A stretch of DNA of 62,262 bases, counting the filler. It is 9 parts of 9 records of this genome, joined end to end, with 100 filler letters (N's around TTAATTAATTAA, not from the genome) between each part and the next. Parts side by side here need not be neighbours in the genome. Positions count along the whole stretch, not along the records: positions 44,812 to 55,548 come from SRR31147125_20448; positions 55,649 to 62,262 come from SRR31147125_20451; 7 more parts are not named here. One strand, 5' to 3'. A program made the translations under genes and the position numbers. Shown piece after piece: positions 52,339 to 62,262 of this stretch (positions are counted from its first letter, which is position 1; the number at the start of each line of letters is the position of its first letter). The notes beneath the pieces are model-generated. The model searched no databases. It was not told the DNA's origin and saw nothing but the letters and a program-made list of their open reading frames with translations.

Positions 52339-53325
52339 ATGCTTGAGCACTTTTTCTACCATAAATCCGATTCACCGTGCCCGTGGCACAACCTTGCAGT
52401 CGAGGAACACATCCTTTTGTCTTTGCCGCGCGGCGTATGCGTTATGTATCTGTACCAAAACGAAAAAACAGTCGTTATCGGCAAAAACCAAAACGCTTGG
52501 AAAGAGTGCCGCACAGAGCTGCTCTCTCGCGAAGGCGGCAAGCTCGCAAGGCGTATCTCGGGCGGCGGTGCCGTATACCACGACATGGGCAACCTCAATT
52601 TCTCGTTCATCGTCGACAAAGACGCTTACGACCTAGAGCGTCAGCTTGGCGTAATCTTGAATGCGGTGCGTTCGCTTGGCATCAGCGCAGAGTTTTCCGG
52701 ACGCAACGACATCCTATCCGAGGGTGCGAAGTTCTCGGGCAACGCGTTTTGCTACAAGAAAACGGGCGCGTTTCACCACGGCACTATATTGGTAGATGCC
52801 GACATGACTAAGCTGTCTCGCTATCTTTCCGTGTCCAAAGACAAGATTGCATCAAAAGGTGTCGAGTCCGTTCGGTCGCGCGTGTGTAACCTTCGCGACA
52901 GAAGGGCTGATCTGACAATTGATATGATGACCGATGCGCTAAAATCAAGCTTTGCGAAAGAGTACGGCGACTTTGCGCCGCTGAAGATACAGGATATGAC
53001 GCCAGTTGCAGAGATCGAGAAGCGTAACGCGACATGGGAATGGCGGCTTGGCAGCTCTCCCGCTTTTGATATTGAGACGGCAACGCGCTTTTCTTGGGGC
53101 AGCGCAGAGTTTTGTTTCTCGTTTAAGGACGGCGTTGTCACCGACGCTCACATCTATTCAGACGCAATGGATGCGCACTTTATCGAGAAGATCCCCGACG
53201 CCATGATCGGCGCTGCATTTAAATCGGATCACCTTGCACAGCGACTCACAGCCATGCCAGGTACAGAACTGCAAAAAAAAATGGCCAAAGATATGGCCGA
53301 TTTTCTTATCCAAAAGGGATACTAG
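52339..53325 (+). CDS. lplA: lipoate-protein ligase A
   Basis: NLAVEE, VVIGKNQN, RRISGGGAVYHDMGNLNFS, GRND, KFSGNA, HHGT. Confidence 0.93.
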   Translation: MLEHFFYHKSDSPCPWHNLAVEEHILLSLPRGVCVMYLYQNEKTVVIGKNQNAWKECRTELLSREGGKLARRISGGGAVYHDMGNLNFSFIVDKDAYDLERQLGVILNAVRSLGISAEFSGRNDILSEGAKFSGNAFCYKKTGAFHHGTILVDADMTKLSRYLSVSKDKIASKGVESVRSRVCNLRDRRADLTIDMMTDALKSSFAKEYGDFAPLKIQDMTPVAEIEKRNATWEWRLGSSPAFDIETATRFSWGSAEFCFSFKDGVVTDAHIYSDAMDAHFIEKIPDAMIGAAFKSDHLAQRLTAMPGTELQKKMAKDMADFLIQKGY

Positions 53326-54161
53326 ACGATATTACCCGCAAAATCTTTGTCTCCAAACCAATCGGGCAGATCAATCGACGCGTTGCCGCTGAAATAATCG
53401 AACACAAACGCCAGCATATCGCACGCTTCGTCTACGCCGCGTGATATCATGCGCTGCATGTTGTCGTATTCATCACCCGAAAAAACAGAAGTATCACGCT
53501 GCTCCGGATAAAACATCGTACCAACGTTGAAACCAACGATGCGACTAACAACCCGAGCCAGCAGCCGGCCGGAAAGACCGACATTCGCCAGCATGCTTTT
53601 CGCCTTAGCAAAATGCAGCTGTGCCTGTTTGACAACGCGCGTGCTCATGTCCTTTTGATATACGTCTTTGGCGGCCGCCTGATACCACGAGCATATGCCG
53701 TCACCCACCTCGTCATACAATATTTCGCTCTTGATATCGAACTCCTGCGGCTCGATATCCCACTGTTCCTTAGCCATATAGCTGTCCCACATAAACTCGA
53801 TCGCGTGGTGCATCCCCGTGTTGCCGTCCGCTTTGCTGTACACGAACGGGTGCGCGTTTTTGTCTATGGCGTAATGCGTAACAAACCCTGCGATATACGA
53901 CATCAGCTCGTCCTTGTCGAGCGATGTGTATCGCCGTGTATACTCAAGCGCACTGCGCATAAGCTCTCGAATGTTTTTTTCGTGCATCGCCCAACCAAGC
54001 ATAAAGCTCTCTTTGGCCGAACGCCACGGTTGAAAGTTGCGAAAGTACAGCATATCCGGCCCTTGTGACCCGAGGAAAAACGCTTTCTTATGCGAAACTG
54101 CGCCTTTCATCTTCTCGAGTACGCGCTCTGCTGCAACTCTATGTGTTAAAAATGCCGGCAT
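53322..54161 (-). CDS. zinc-dependent phospholipase C family protein
   Basis: MPAFLTH, LGSQGPD, H, GFVTHYAID...HPFVY, HH.IE. Confidence 0.8.
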   Translation of the reverse strand: MPAFLTHRVAAERVLEKMKGAVSHKKAFFLGSQGPDMLYFRNFQPWRSAKESFMLGWAMHEKNIRELMRSALEYTRRYTSLDKDELMSYIAGFVTHYAIDKNAHPFVYSKADGNTGMHHAIEFMWDSYMAKEQWDIEPQEFDIKSEILYDEVGDGICSWYQAAAKDVYQKDMSTRVVKQAQLHFAKAKSMLANVGLSGRLLARVVSRIVGFNVGTMFYPEQRDTSVFSGDEYDNMQRMISRGVDEACDMLAFVFDYFSGNASIDLPDWFGDKDFAGNIV

Positions 54162-54166
54162 GACCC

Positions 54167-54665
54167 CTAGTCTCCTTTATATAAAAAACATAATTCTTCG
54201 TGTCCTTCGACGGCACCAACGCTCATCAAAAACGATAAACATATGGTCGGCCCCACAAAGCAATACCCCTTTGCTTTCAGATCCTTCGCCATCACTGCAC
54301 CGTCCACCGATGCATAGACGTACCGCGCAAAGTCGCCCTCGTTTTCAAACAGCGCCAAGTGAGCGCGCGCATTGCCGATGACCGCTTCTATCTTTCGGCG
54401 ATTGCGGATGATACGAGTCGCCCATCAGCCCTTCCACATCCTGCGGCGTCATGTGTGCGACTCTGGCGATATCGAACGCGTAAAAGCAATCGCGAAACGC
54501 ATCTCGCTTTTGCAGCACAGTGCGCCACGACAGCCCAGCCTGAAAAACTTCCAGACAAAGCTTTTCAAACAGCGATTGATCAGAATGCCGCACACGACCG
54601 TATTCTGTGTCGTGGTATTGGCGCATCAACTCGTCGTCACCGCGAACCCATGAACATCTTTGCAT
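54167..54665 (-). CDS. tag: DNA-3-methyladenine glycosylase I, frameshifted near 54415
   Basis: RCSW, YHDTEYG, LEVFQAGLSW; second frame IIRNRRKIEAVIGNARA...FVGPTIC...H...C. Confidence 0.85.
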
Positions 54666-54739
54666 ACGTTTATTCTAACATATACCCCGATAATTGTGTT
54701 AATTTTTTATTTATTTTATGATATGATGGAGTTAATTCA

Positions 54740-55548
54740 ATGCTTGGGAGGAACGCCGTGCAAAACTATCTGAGCCGTAAGGCCAAAAGCATCACCCCGT
54801 ATACCGCGGGTGCGCAGCCTAGTGCAAAAAACATCATCAAGCTAAACACCAACGAGAATCCGTATCCGCCCTCTCCCGCAACGCTGGCGGCCTATGCGTC
54901 GTTCGATGCCAAATCACTGCGCCTATATCCGCGTCCAGACGGCGGCGTGCTGAGATCGGCAGCGGCAAAGATACACGGTCTTACGGAATCGTGTGTGTTT
55001 TGCGGCAACGGCTCTGATGAGGTGCTGGCGTTTGCGTTTGCCGCGTTTTTTGACGGCAATATCATGTTCCCCGACATCACATACAGCTTTTACCCCGTTT
55101 GGGCGGCGCTGTTTGACATATCGCACACACTTCTGCCGCTTGGCGACGATCTTTCTATCCCCGTCGATCAGCTGCGTGCAGACGGCATCGTGCTTGCCAA
55201 CCCGAATGCCCCGACCGGCATGGCACTGCCGCTTTCCGATATCGAAAAAGTGCTGAAACAAAACCCAGACAGCGTCGTCATCATCGACGAAGCGTACGCG
55301 GCGTTTGGTGCAGAAAGCGCAGCATCGCTGATAGAGCGTTATCCAAATCTGCTTGTCGTGCGGACGCTGTCAAAATCGCACTGCCTTGCGGGCATGCGCA
55401 TCGGTTATGCACTTGGTCAGCCACACTTGGTGGACGGACTCAATCGCATCAAAGACAGCTTTAACTCGTATCCTCTCGACATGATCGCTCAAGCGGTAGG
55501 CGCCGCGGCGCTGCTGGACACAGCATATTACGACGACATCGCAAAAAA
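54740..55548 (+). CDS. hisC: histidinol-phosphate aminotransferase, 3' truncated
   Basis: IKLNTNENPYPPS, GNGSDE, NPNAPTG, DEAY, RTLSKS...AGMRIGY. Confidence 0.92.
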
Positions 55549-55648
55549 NNNNNNNNNNNNNNNNNNNNNNNNNNNNNNNNNNNNNNNNNNNNTTAATTAA
55601 TTAANNNNNNNNNNNNNNNNNNNNNNNNNNNNNNNNNNNNNNNNNNNN
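55549..55648. other. artificial contig spacer
   Basis: N-run with TTAATTAATTAA. Confidence 0.98.
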
Positions 55649-55712
55649 TTTGCGTTTGTGCCCTTTATCGACGGTCTGGCTTCTTTTATTCAAATCCTTA
55701 TTCTATCTAATT

Positions 55713-56729
55713 TTAATCTTCATATCCATTTGGATTATTCTTTTGCCACTTCCAAGAATCCCTGCACATATCCTCAAGTGATAGCTCAGCTTCCCATTTT
55801 AAACCTTCTTTTGCTTTAGAAGCATCAGCAAAGCACGTTGCAATATCTCCTGCTCTTCTGGCTACAATAGAATAATTAATTTTCACATCGTTTGCTTTTT
55901 CAAATGCGTTAACAACATCCAAAACGCTGTATCCAATACCTGTTCCTAAGTTATAAGTAGCACATCCTTTATTTGCTTTAAGACTATCAAGCGCTTTTAA
56001 ATGTCCTTTAGCAAGGTCAACAACGTGGATATAATCTCTAACACCAGTACCATCATGCGTATCATAATCATCGCCAAAAATACTTAATTGTTCGCGCTTG
56101 CCAACGGCTACCTGCGTAATATACGGCATTAAGTTATTAGGAATACCGTTCGGATTTTCGCCGATTCTACCGCTCTCGTGCGCACCGATAGGATTAAAAT
56201 ACCTGAGCAACACAATTGACCATTCGCTGTCCGAAGCACTTAAGTCTGTTAACATATCTTCAATTATAACTTTCGTATTTCCATATGGGTTTGTAGCACT
56301 AGTAGGCATATTTTCTACAAAAGGCGCTTCATTGTTCATACCATATACGGTAGCCGATGAGCTAAATACAATTTTTTTAACATTATTTCTTGCCATAGCC
56401 TCAAAAAGCTTAATTGAACCAGTAATATTTACATAATAGTATTTAAGAGGAACCTCAACTGATTCACCAACAGCCTTTAATCCAGCAAAATGGATTACAG
56501 AATCAATTTTATTCTCAGAAAATATTTTATCAAGTAATTCACTGTCTAAAATATCACCTTCATAGAATTTAATCTTTTTACCAGTAATATCTTCAACTCT
56601 TTCAACTGCTTTTATATCGCTGTTGTATAGGTTGTCCAAAACAACAACACCATGTCCGCTCTCTAGTAACTCTACACAAGTATGAGAACCGATATAACCT
56701 GCTCCGCCAGTAACTAATATATTAGCCAT
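55713..56729 (-). CDS. galE: UDP-glucose 4-epimerase
   Basis: [57 protein letters not shown]. Confidence 0.96.
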   Translation of the reverse strand: MANILVTGGAGYIGSHTCVELLESGHGVVVLDNLYNSDIKAVERVEDITGKKIKFYEGDILDSELLDKIFSENKIDSVIHFAGLKAVGESVEVPLKYYYVNITGSIKLFEAMARNNVKKIVFSSSATVYGMNNEAPFVENMPTSATNPYGNTKVIIEDMLTDLSASDSEWSIVLLRYFNPIGAHESGRIGENPNGIPNNLMPYITQVAVGKREQLSIFGDDYDTHDGTGVRDYIHVVDLAKGHLKALDSLKANKGCATYNLGTGIGYSVLDVVNAFEKANDVKINYSIVARRAGDIATCFADASKAKEGLKWEAELSLEDMCRDSWKWQKNNPNGYED

Positions 56730-56870
56730 ACGCACCTCTTCTTTATTCAGTATAAAAATCTTTTAACAATTATACTATTTAGCATCATATTTTTCAACAA
56801 AACAATATCTATGATATAATTAAAATACTATTATGATATAATACATCAAATTAATTTAAATGGAGAAAAA

Positions 56871-59100
56871 ATGTACGCTCAAGTTATTGTTGATATAAAA
56901 CATTCCAAGCTAGATAGAATATTTTCATATAATATACCTGAAAATGTAAAAGTCTTTTTAGGCAGCAGAGTATTAGTACCTTTTGGTGGCGGTAATAGAA
57001 AAACTGAAGGTTACATAATAGGTTTTTCTGATACAGTTGATTTTGACGTAAGCAAGGTTAAGGATATTATAAAACCATTATCCGCAACTCCTGAGTTTAC
57101 AGAGGGGCAAATTGAGCTTGCTTATAGAATAAAAGATTTTTATATTACAACCTTGGTAAGCGCTCTTAGGCTTATGTTCCCAGCTCAAATGCGTGGAAAT
57201 CGAGTGAACGAAAAAAATTACGATACGTGAAATTAGTATTATCGGATGATGAGCTTGAAAAAGCAAAACAGAGCCTATATTCTAAGCAGGGCAAAATAAA
57301 ATCACCAGTAATGTATAATGTACTAGAAGTCATACAAGCAAATGATATGCCGATAAGTAAACTTACAAAAGTATATCCATCCGCTCATTCATGCATAAAA
57401 TCCATGCAGGATAAAGGCTGGGTGGAGATTTTCGAAAAGACTGAGTTTAGATCGATTAAAGGAACTGGCATATCTTATGAAAACCAAAATTTCAAAATGA
57501 CTGCGCATCAGCAACAAGCTATAGACAGCATTAACAATGCACAAAAATCACACTTTTTATTACACGGAGTTACTGGCAGCGGAAAAACCGAAGTTTATAT
57601 AAAAGCAATAGAGCAATGCATAAAAATGGGTAAAACAGCAATTATGCTTGTACCCGAAATAAGCCTTACGCCTCAGCTTATATCCATGTTTAATACAAGA
57701 CTTGGAGATTATATTGCCGTATATCATTCCTCTCTTTCTGCCGGTGAGCGATTTGACGAGTGGAGAAAAATCAATACTGGCAAAGCAAAAGTTGTTATTG
57801 GTCCAAGGTCTGCTCTATTTGTGCCACTTAAAAACATTGGATTGATTATTTTAGATGAGGAACATGAAGGTTCCTATCAAGCTGATCAGCATCCGAAATA
57901 TAAAACCCATGATATTGCTAAGATGCGTGCAGATATCGAAAAATGCAATCTTGTTTTTGCAAGTGCTACACCAAGGGTCGAAACATATTATGACGCACTA
58001 AACAGCAATACTACAATTCTTAGTTTACCTAATAGAGTTCATAATATAGATATGCCTACTGTTTATGTAGAGGATATGCGCGCCGAGCTTAGAAACGGCA
58101 ATAGGAGCATTTTTTCGGGTAGGCTGTATGAGGAGATTACCAAAGCACTAGAAAAAAACAGCAAATAATTTTATTTGTAAACCGCAGAGGTTATTCATCT
58201 TTTGTTATGTGCAGAGGGTGCGGACATATAGTAAGATGCGAATCTTGCGATGTTTCTATGACACTTCACGATGACGGAAAACTAGTATGTCATCATTGTA
58301 ATAGTATAAAAGATTTTAGCAAAACCTGTACCGAATGTGGGCTCCCATATGTTAAGCAGTTTGGAATAGGTACTCAGCAGATAGAATATGCGGTCAAAAA
58401 TACTTTCCCAGGGGCAAAAACTCTTAGAATGGATTATGATACGACTAGAACCAAAAATTCTTACTCTGATATCTATAGAGATTTTAAGCAGAAAAAGGCA
58501 GATATACTTATAGGCACACAATTGGTTGCTAAGGGTCTTGATTTTGATGATGTAACACTTGTTGGCGCAGTTGCCGCCGATGTATCATTGCACTTTCCTG
58601 ACTATCAGGCAGTAGAGAGAACTTACTCTCTTTTGCAACAAGCTTCTGGAAGAGCAGGCAGAAAAACAAAAGGCAATGTGGTTATTCAAACCTATAAGCC
58701 CCAACATTACGCAATTACTTGTGCAGCAAAACATGATTATAAATCTTTTTATGATTTTGAAATAAAAGAAAGAACGAGGATGAACGCACCACCTTTTGGC
58801 GTTATATTCCGAATCGTTTTTTTTGGAAAAAATATAAAAACAGTTATTAGTAGTGTTGATATCGTTGAACGAGATTTGAAAGAAAAACTTGAAGTTTTCG
58901 AAAAAGAAATATTACTTTTAAAATCAGCGCCAGCACCAATAAAAGTACTAAGGTCTAAGTTTAGATATCATATTGTAATAAAGGCATTGAAAACCGGTAG
59001 TTTTATTGATATGAAAAAAGCTGTATACAATACACTTAATAAACATTCATTTGATAATGTAAGTTTTGGGGTTGAAATAAACCCTCAAAGTATGTTTTAA
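56871..59100 (+). CDS. priA: primosomal protein N' (PriA), split into three ORFs by two probable homopolymer errors
   Basis: VLVPFG, LHGVTGSGKTEVY, DEEHE, SATP, NRRG, CxxC zinc motifs, AKGLDF, GRAGR; both breaks fall in A7 runs (57211, 58152) where A8 restores the frame. Confidence 0.92.
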
Positions 59101-59152
59101 TTGTTTGGACTATTAATTTGTACTGATTTAAAGAAAATATTATTTTCAAACA

Positions 59153-59626
59153 ATGAAATTTCGAAAGGAACACATGAAATATAATACTATTGGCCTTGCA
59201 CCTATAAGCGATATTGATGCAAAAATGTTGAACCCTTTGCAATTAGCATATATTGGCGATGCGGTTATTGATCTTTTTGTTAGAGATTATGTTATAAAAA
59301 ACAATATCGGAAACGTAAATAAACTTCACTTAGCAACAACAAAGGTAGTAAACGCGTCAGCTCAAGCACTTTTTGCTAAAAAAATTATGGATTCTTTATC
59401 TGAAGATGAACTGCATATTTTTAAAAGAGGAAGGAACTCAAAATCTGGTATGCAACCGAAAAATTGCAGCACAGCAGATTATAGGCTTGCTACTGGCCTT
59501 GAAGCATTATTTGGTTATATATATATTTCAGGTAAATTTGAGCGGTTAAACGAACTATTAACCAGCCTTTACGAAGCTTTTTTAAAAGTGATCAATAGTC
59601 AATTTGAACCAAACCTGGGTTTTTGA
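59153..59626 (+). CDS. mrnC: Mini-ribonuclease III
   Basis: LAYIGDAV, VNASAQA, KRGRN, YRLATGLEALFGY. Confidence 0.88.
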   Translation: MKFRKEHMKYNTIGLAPISDIDAKMLNPLQLAYIGDAVIDLFVRDYVIKNNIGNVNKLHLATTKVVNASAQALFAKKIMDSLSEDELHIFKRGRNSKSGMQPKNCSTADYRLATGLEALFGYIYISGKFERLNELLTSLYEAFLKVINSQFEPNLGF

Positions 59627-61068
59627 TAAAAATGTCTCTAAAGTAGATGTATCCTGAAAGGCTATCTACTTTTTTATTTTCTACTAAAAACTGCACACTA
59701 TTAATACCCTGCATATCCGTTAGCATATTAACCATAGAATATATCATCAGCATTTCTTGTTCGTGCGATAAACTTGTACATTTATTTTTAAAATTTTGCG
59801 ATAGGTTAACTTCAATTGTTGAACCATAGGTTGTTGTTCCAAGTATGTCCTCCTCTGTTACACCAACAGGAAAACACGGCCAAACATCAAGCCCTTCACT
59901 TTGTTTTGGTCCTTTTAAAAGTTCATATAATCTAGTATCAGCACTCCAAACATCGTCTTGTTGTATCATCCTACTTACTTCTGTTAGCAAGTTTAAATCC
60001 TTGATTCTAAAATAAAGGTTAATACTATCCGCTAGATAACCTTGCACGTCTTCTCTTGATATACCAGCAGATATATCAATATCGCCGCCTACAATAGAAA
60101 TTCTCTCGCCTTCAACATTTATTATAATTTTTTCGACATTAGGATAAAAGCTTAGCAACGAATAACAGAGACAACTGTATGATTTAATCTCGTTTTCTGT
60201 ACTTTCAAACTTTGACAGCGTTGGCATATAAGAAAGGTTAATCTCCATGGTATTTTCATCGTTATCCTCGTAAAACAACGGCTCAGAAAGTAGATTTATT
60301 TCTTTATTGACAGAGGGAAGGTATACATAGCTGTTTCTTGGTCCTTTTGTTAATTCTTCTATAATTTTGCTCGCATAATCCGAATCTGCAAACTCTACCT
60401 CACGCACTTCTGGTATTATGTATTCCGAGCTAGAGTTGAAAAAATATAGCGGAACTTTTAATGTTAATATTTTTTTCTTGCTCTCCTTCTGGGTTTTCTG
60501 AGCTTGCTACAAACTTACCGATTTGCTCATCATACGCTTCTAGCCAAATCCCTGATGTAACACCCTGTAAAGGGCTTGGATAAACATCAACACCTTGTGA
60601 TTCGCCGTTTATAACAACATTAGTATACTTTACATTTAAATAGTCTATAAGCGTATTTGCTACAGCAATCTTTATTAAAAATCTGCTTTTAGAATCGAGA
60701 ACATAATTAGATTTTAAATAAACATTTGCTAATTCTGTTGAAACTTCTACATAATCAACATATACACCATAAGGGCATATTTCCGCCAAAGATTCATCAT
60801 ATGGACCTTTTAAAAGCTCGGATACAATCTCATTAACTGGGTTTTCGTTTCCGTCAATAGTTATAGTTCTAAGTTCAGCAGTAAGCTTTCCTGTTCCTTT
60901 TTGCAAAAAATAAAGAGCAGGCTTAATTTGTCTTCCCTTTTGAGAAGAATATGGGATATCCTTTATCTCTACATTTTCATATTCATTATCAACTTTTCGC
61001 ACCTTTACAACAGCACATCCGGTTGATAAAATTGTTACTGCAAGTAATAAAACTATTATTCTTTTCAC
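59592..61068 (-). CDS. multi-GerMN-domain lipoprotein, split by a frameshift at an A-run near 60457
   Basis: GTG start with GGAG RBS, lipobox STGC; LYF, ELLKGP, SMVNML..VQFLVE motifs; removing one A joins the two ORFs. Confidence 0.75.
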
Positions 61069-61086
61069 ATTTATACTCCAAATCAA

Positions 61087-62061
61087 TTATTCCGCTAAGA
61101 AGACTTCTTCAAATGATGAATATTCGACCTTCCAAAGGTTTTTTTCTCTTTTTAGCCTTAAGATAATATTATCTTTATTGATACTAGAACCATCCTTTTG
61201 CATTAACACAAAACTGATTGCAACTATTGCAGATTCACCATCGTCCGAAACTTTCGAATCAAGAACTTTATATTCTTCAAGTGTAGACTCAAATGAACTT
61301 ACATCATTTACAAAAATATCTTGAGCAGGTCCGGTAGTGTTTTTAGAATCATTATAAGCAATAAGAGAATGAAGATCTTTAAAATCTCTTTCTCTAAATG
61401 TTTCCAATAAAAGTTCTACCGTATTTTCAGTATTTAAAATAAGGTTGCCGTTCCACCCAATTGGCTCAAGGCTTGAGCCTTCACTGCCATCAAAACCAAT
61501 ATCCTCAAGCTTAATTCTTTCACCTCTTCCGCTTTGGTTTTTATCAACCATAAGCTGTATCCTAGAAAAACCGCCAAGCTCAATTAAAGTATTAACAACA
61601 GAGTAAATAGCAAGCTCCATATCTTTTTTTGCTTTTATCAGACCTTCTTCGTCACCTTCTTCTACATTCGCCAAACTCGAATCAGAAATAAATTCATTAC
61701 TAAGTGTAACAAACAGATAATCCCCGCTATCAGATACGCTTTTTACAGTTGCTGTTTCTGGTATAACCGATGCAAGTTCTTGGCTATCATTACTAGGCCC
61801 TTCAAATATCTCCTGCAAAACAGCCATTTCTAATCGTTCATTTACAGGCACATCAATCTGCCTCACCTCACCTGCAAGCATATCTTCATCTGAATATCTA
61901 AAATATAAGGTAACGTTTTTTTCCATTGTATTTGCAGCTTCGGGTAATGGGTTTATAACTGTACTGTCATCCGAGCTATCAATTGATGGCATAATTGAAC
62001 AGGATACTAAATTAAAACATATCACAGCAATAAAAATATATATCAAAAATCTTTTAATCAT
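61087..62061 (-). CDS. GerMN-domain lipoprotein
   Basis: Lipobox [32 protein letters not shown]. Confidence 0.8.
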   Translation of the reverse strand: MIKRFLIYIFIAVICFNLVSCSIMPSIDSSDDSTVINPLPEAANTMEKNVTLYFRYSDEDMLAGEVRQIDVPVNERLEMAVLQEIFEGPSNDSQELASVIPETATVKSVSDSGDYLFVTLSNEFISDSSLANVEEGDEEGLIKAKKDMELAIYSVVNTLIELGGFSRIQLMVDKNQSGRGERIKLEDIGFDGSEGSSLEPIGWNGNLILNTENTVELLLETFRERDFKDLHSLIAYNDSKNTTGPAQDIFVNDVSSFESTLEEYKVLDSKVSDDGESAIVAISFVLMQKDGSSINKDNIILRLKREKNLWKVEYSSFEEVFLAE

Positions 62062-62262
62062 AGTCTATTTCCTCATTAATCTTGTTAGGTAATAATAGTG
62101 TAAATACACTACCCTCATTAAGTACACTTTCAACAAATATATCTCCGTTGTGTAACTTTGCAATCCTTTTAGCAATAGCAAGTCCAAGTCCTGTACCACC
62201 TGTTGTTCTAGCTCTTGCTTTATCAACGCGATAAAATCTTTGGAATATTTTATCGATGTCTT
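62054..62262 (-). CDS. sensor histidine kinase, C-terminal HATPase fragment (5' truncated)
   Basis: [27 protein letters not shown]...HNG.I.VES..GS.F; overlaps the GerMN gene start. Confidence 0.9.
   Translation of the reverse strand, partial: DIDKIFQRFYRVDKARARTTGGTGLGLAIAKRIAKLHNGDIFVESVLNEGSVFTLLLPNKINEEIDYD

Noticed and set aside
44760-55261. Many overlapping antisense and alternate-frame ORFs in the GC-richer contig
   Set aside because: Shadow ORFs of well-recognised genes (prfA, prmC, DUF1385, lplA, hisC) with no motifs of their own.
6059-55648. Eight recurring TTAATTAATTAA motifs inside N-runs, and ORFs ending in 'XXXXLIN'
   Set aside because: Artificial six-frame-stop linkers joining contigs. 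They are not biological repeats, and gene adjacency across them is meaningless.
56871-59100. priA as a pseudogene or a programmed/phase-variable frameshift
   Set aside because: Both breaks are A7 runs where A8 restores a full-length conserved gene. Similar indels occur in several contigs, which points to sequencing error; read data would settle it.
1-62262. CRISPR arrays, cas genes, tRNA or rRNA genes
   Set aside because: None recognised by eye. The CHAT locus cannot be tied to CRISPR within its contig, though sequence beyond the contig ends is unknown.

Overview
This window is not one genomic locus. It is nine unrelated contigs joined by artificial ~100-nt spacers (N-run + TTAATTAATTAA + N-run), probably a concatenated metagenome or draft assembly. 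Taxonomic labels are rough guesses from gene content and composition. (1) 1-6058, AT-rich Mollicutes/Firmicutes-like: DAK2-DegV fusion, DUF1295 protein and an arsenic-resistance operon. (2) 6159-11233, Bacteroidota-like: toxin-antitoxin edge, tandem lipoproteins, OMP beta-barrel. (3) 11334-17194: LacI regulator, purine nucleoside phosphorylase, nucleoside-type ABC transporter. (4) 17294-24414, delta/Myxococcota-like: Ig-domain lipoprotein, REC-PAS protein, selD. (5) 24515-31010, Bacteroidota pectin-type locus: double esterase, GH106, GH28. (6) 31111-37862, Desulfobacterales-like: class III cyclase with a duplicated TPR module, plus decayed genes. (7) 37963-44711, very AT-rich accessory island next to an IS6-family end. 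(8) 44812-55548, GC-richer Clostridia-like: rpmE-DUF1385-prmC-prfA, a decayed second copy of part of prfA, veg, lplA, tag, hisC. (9) 55649-62262, Clostridia-like: galE, priA, Mini-III, histidine kinase with two GerMN lipoproteins. The best candidate for an undescribed system is contig 7. It carries a co-oriented run of a 383-aa orphan with a possible C-terminal HTH (sigma-like?), a 216-aa protein with a zinc anti-sigma (HxxxCxxC) motif, a 1207-aa TPR-CHAT caspase-like protease with an intact His/Cys dyad, a Gly-rich membrane protein and a NADAR-like gene. The layout resembles protease/anti-sigma/sigma cascades but no CRISPR component is visible. Several split genes (priA, the GerMN gene and others) look like indel sequencing errors.
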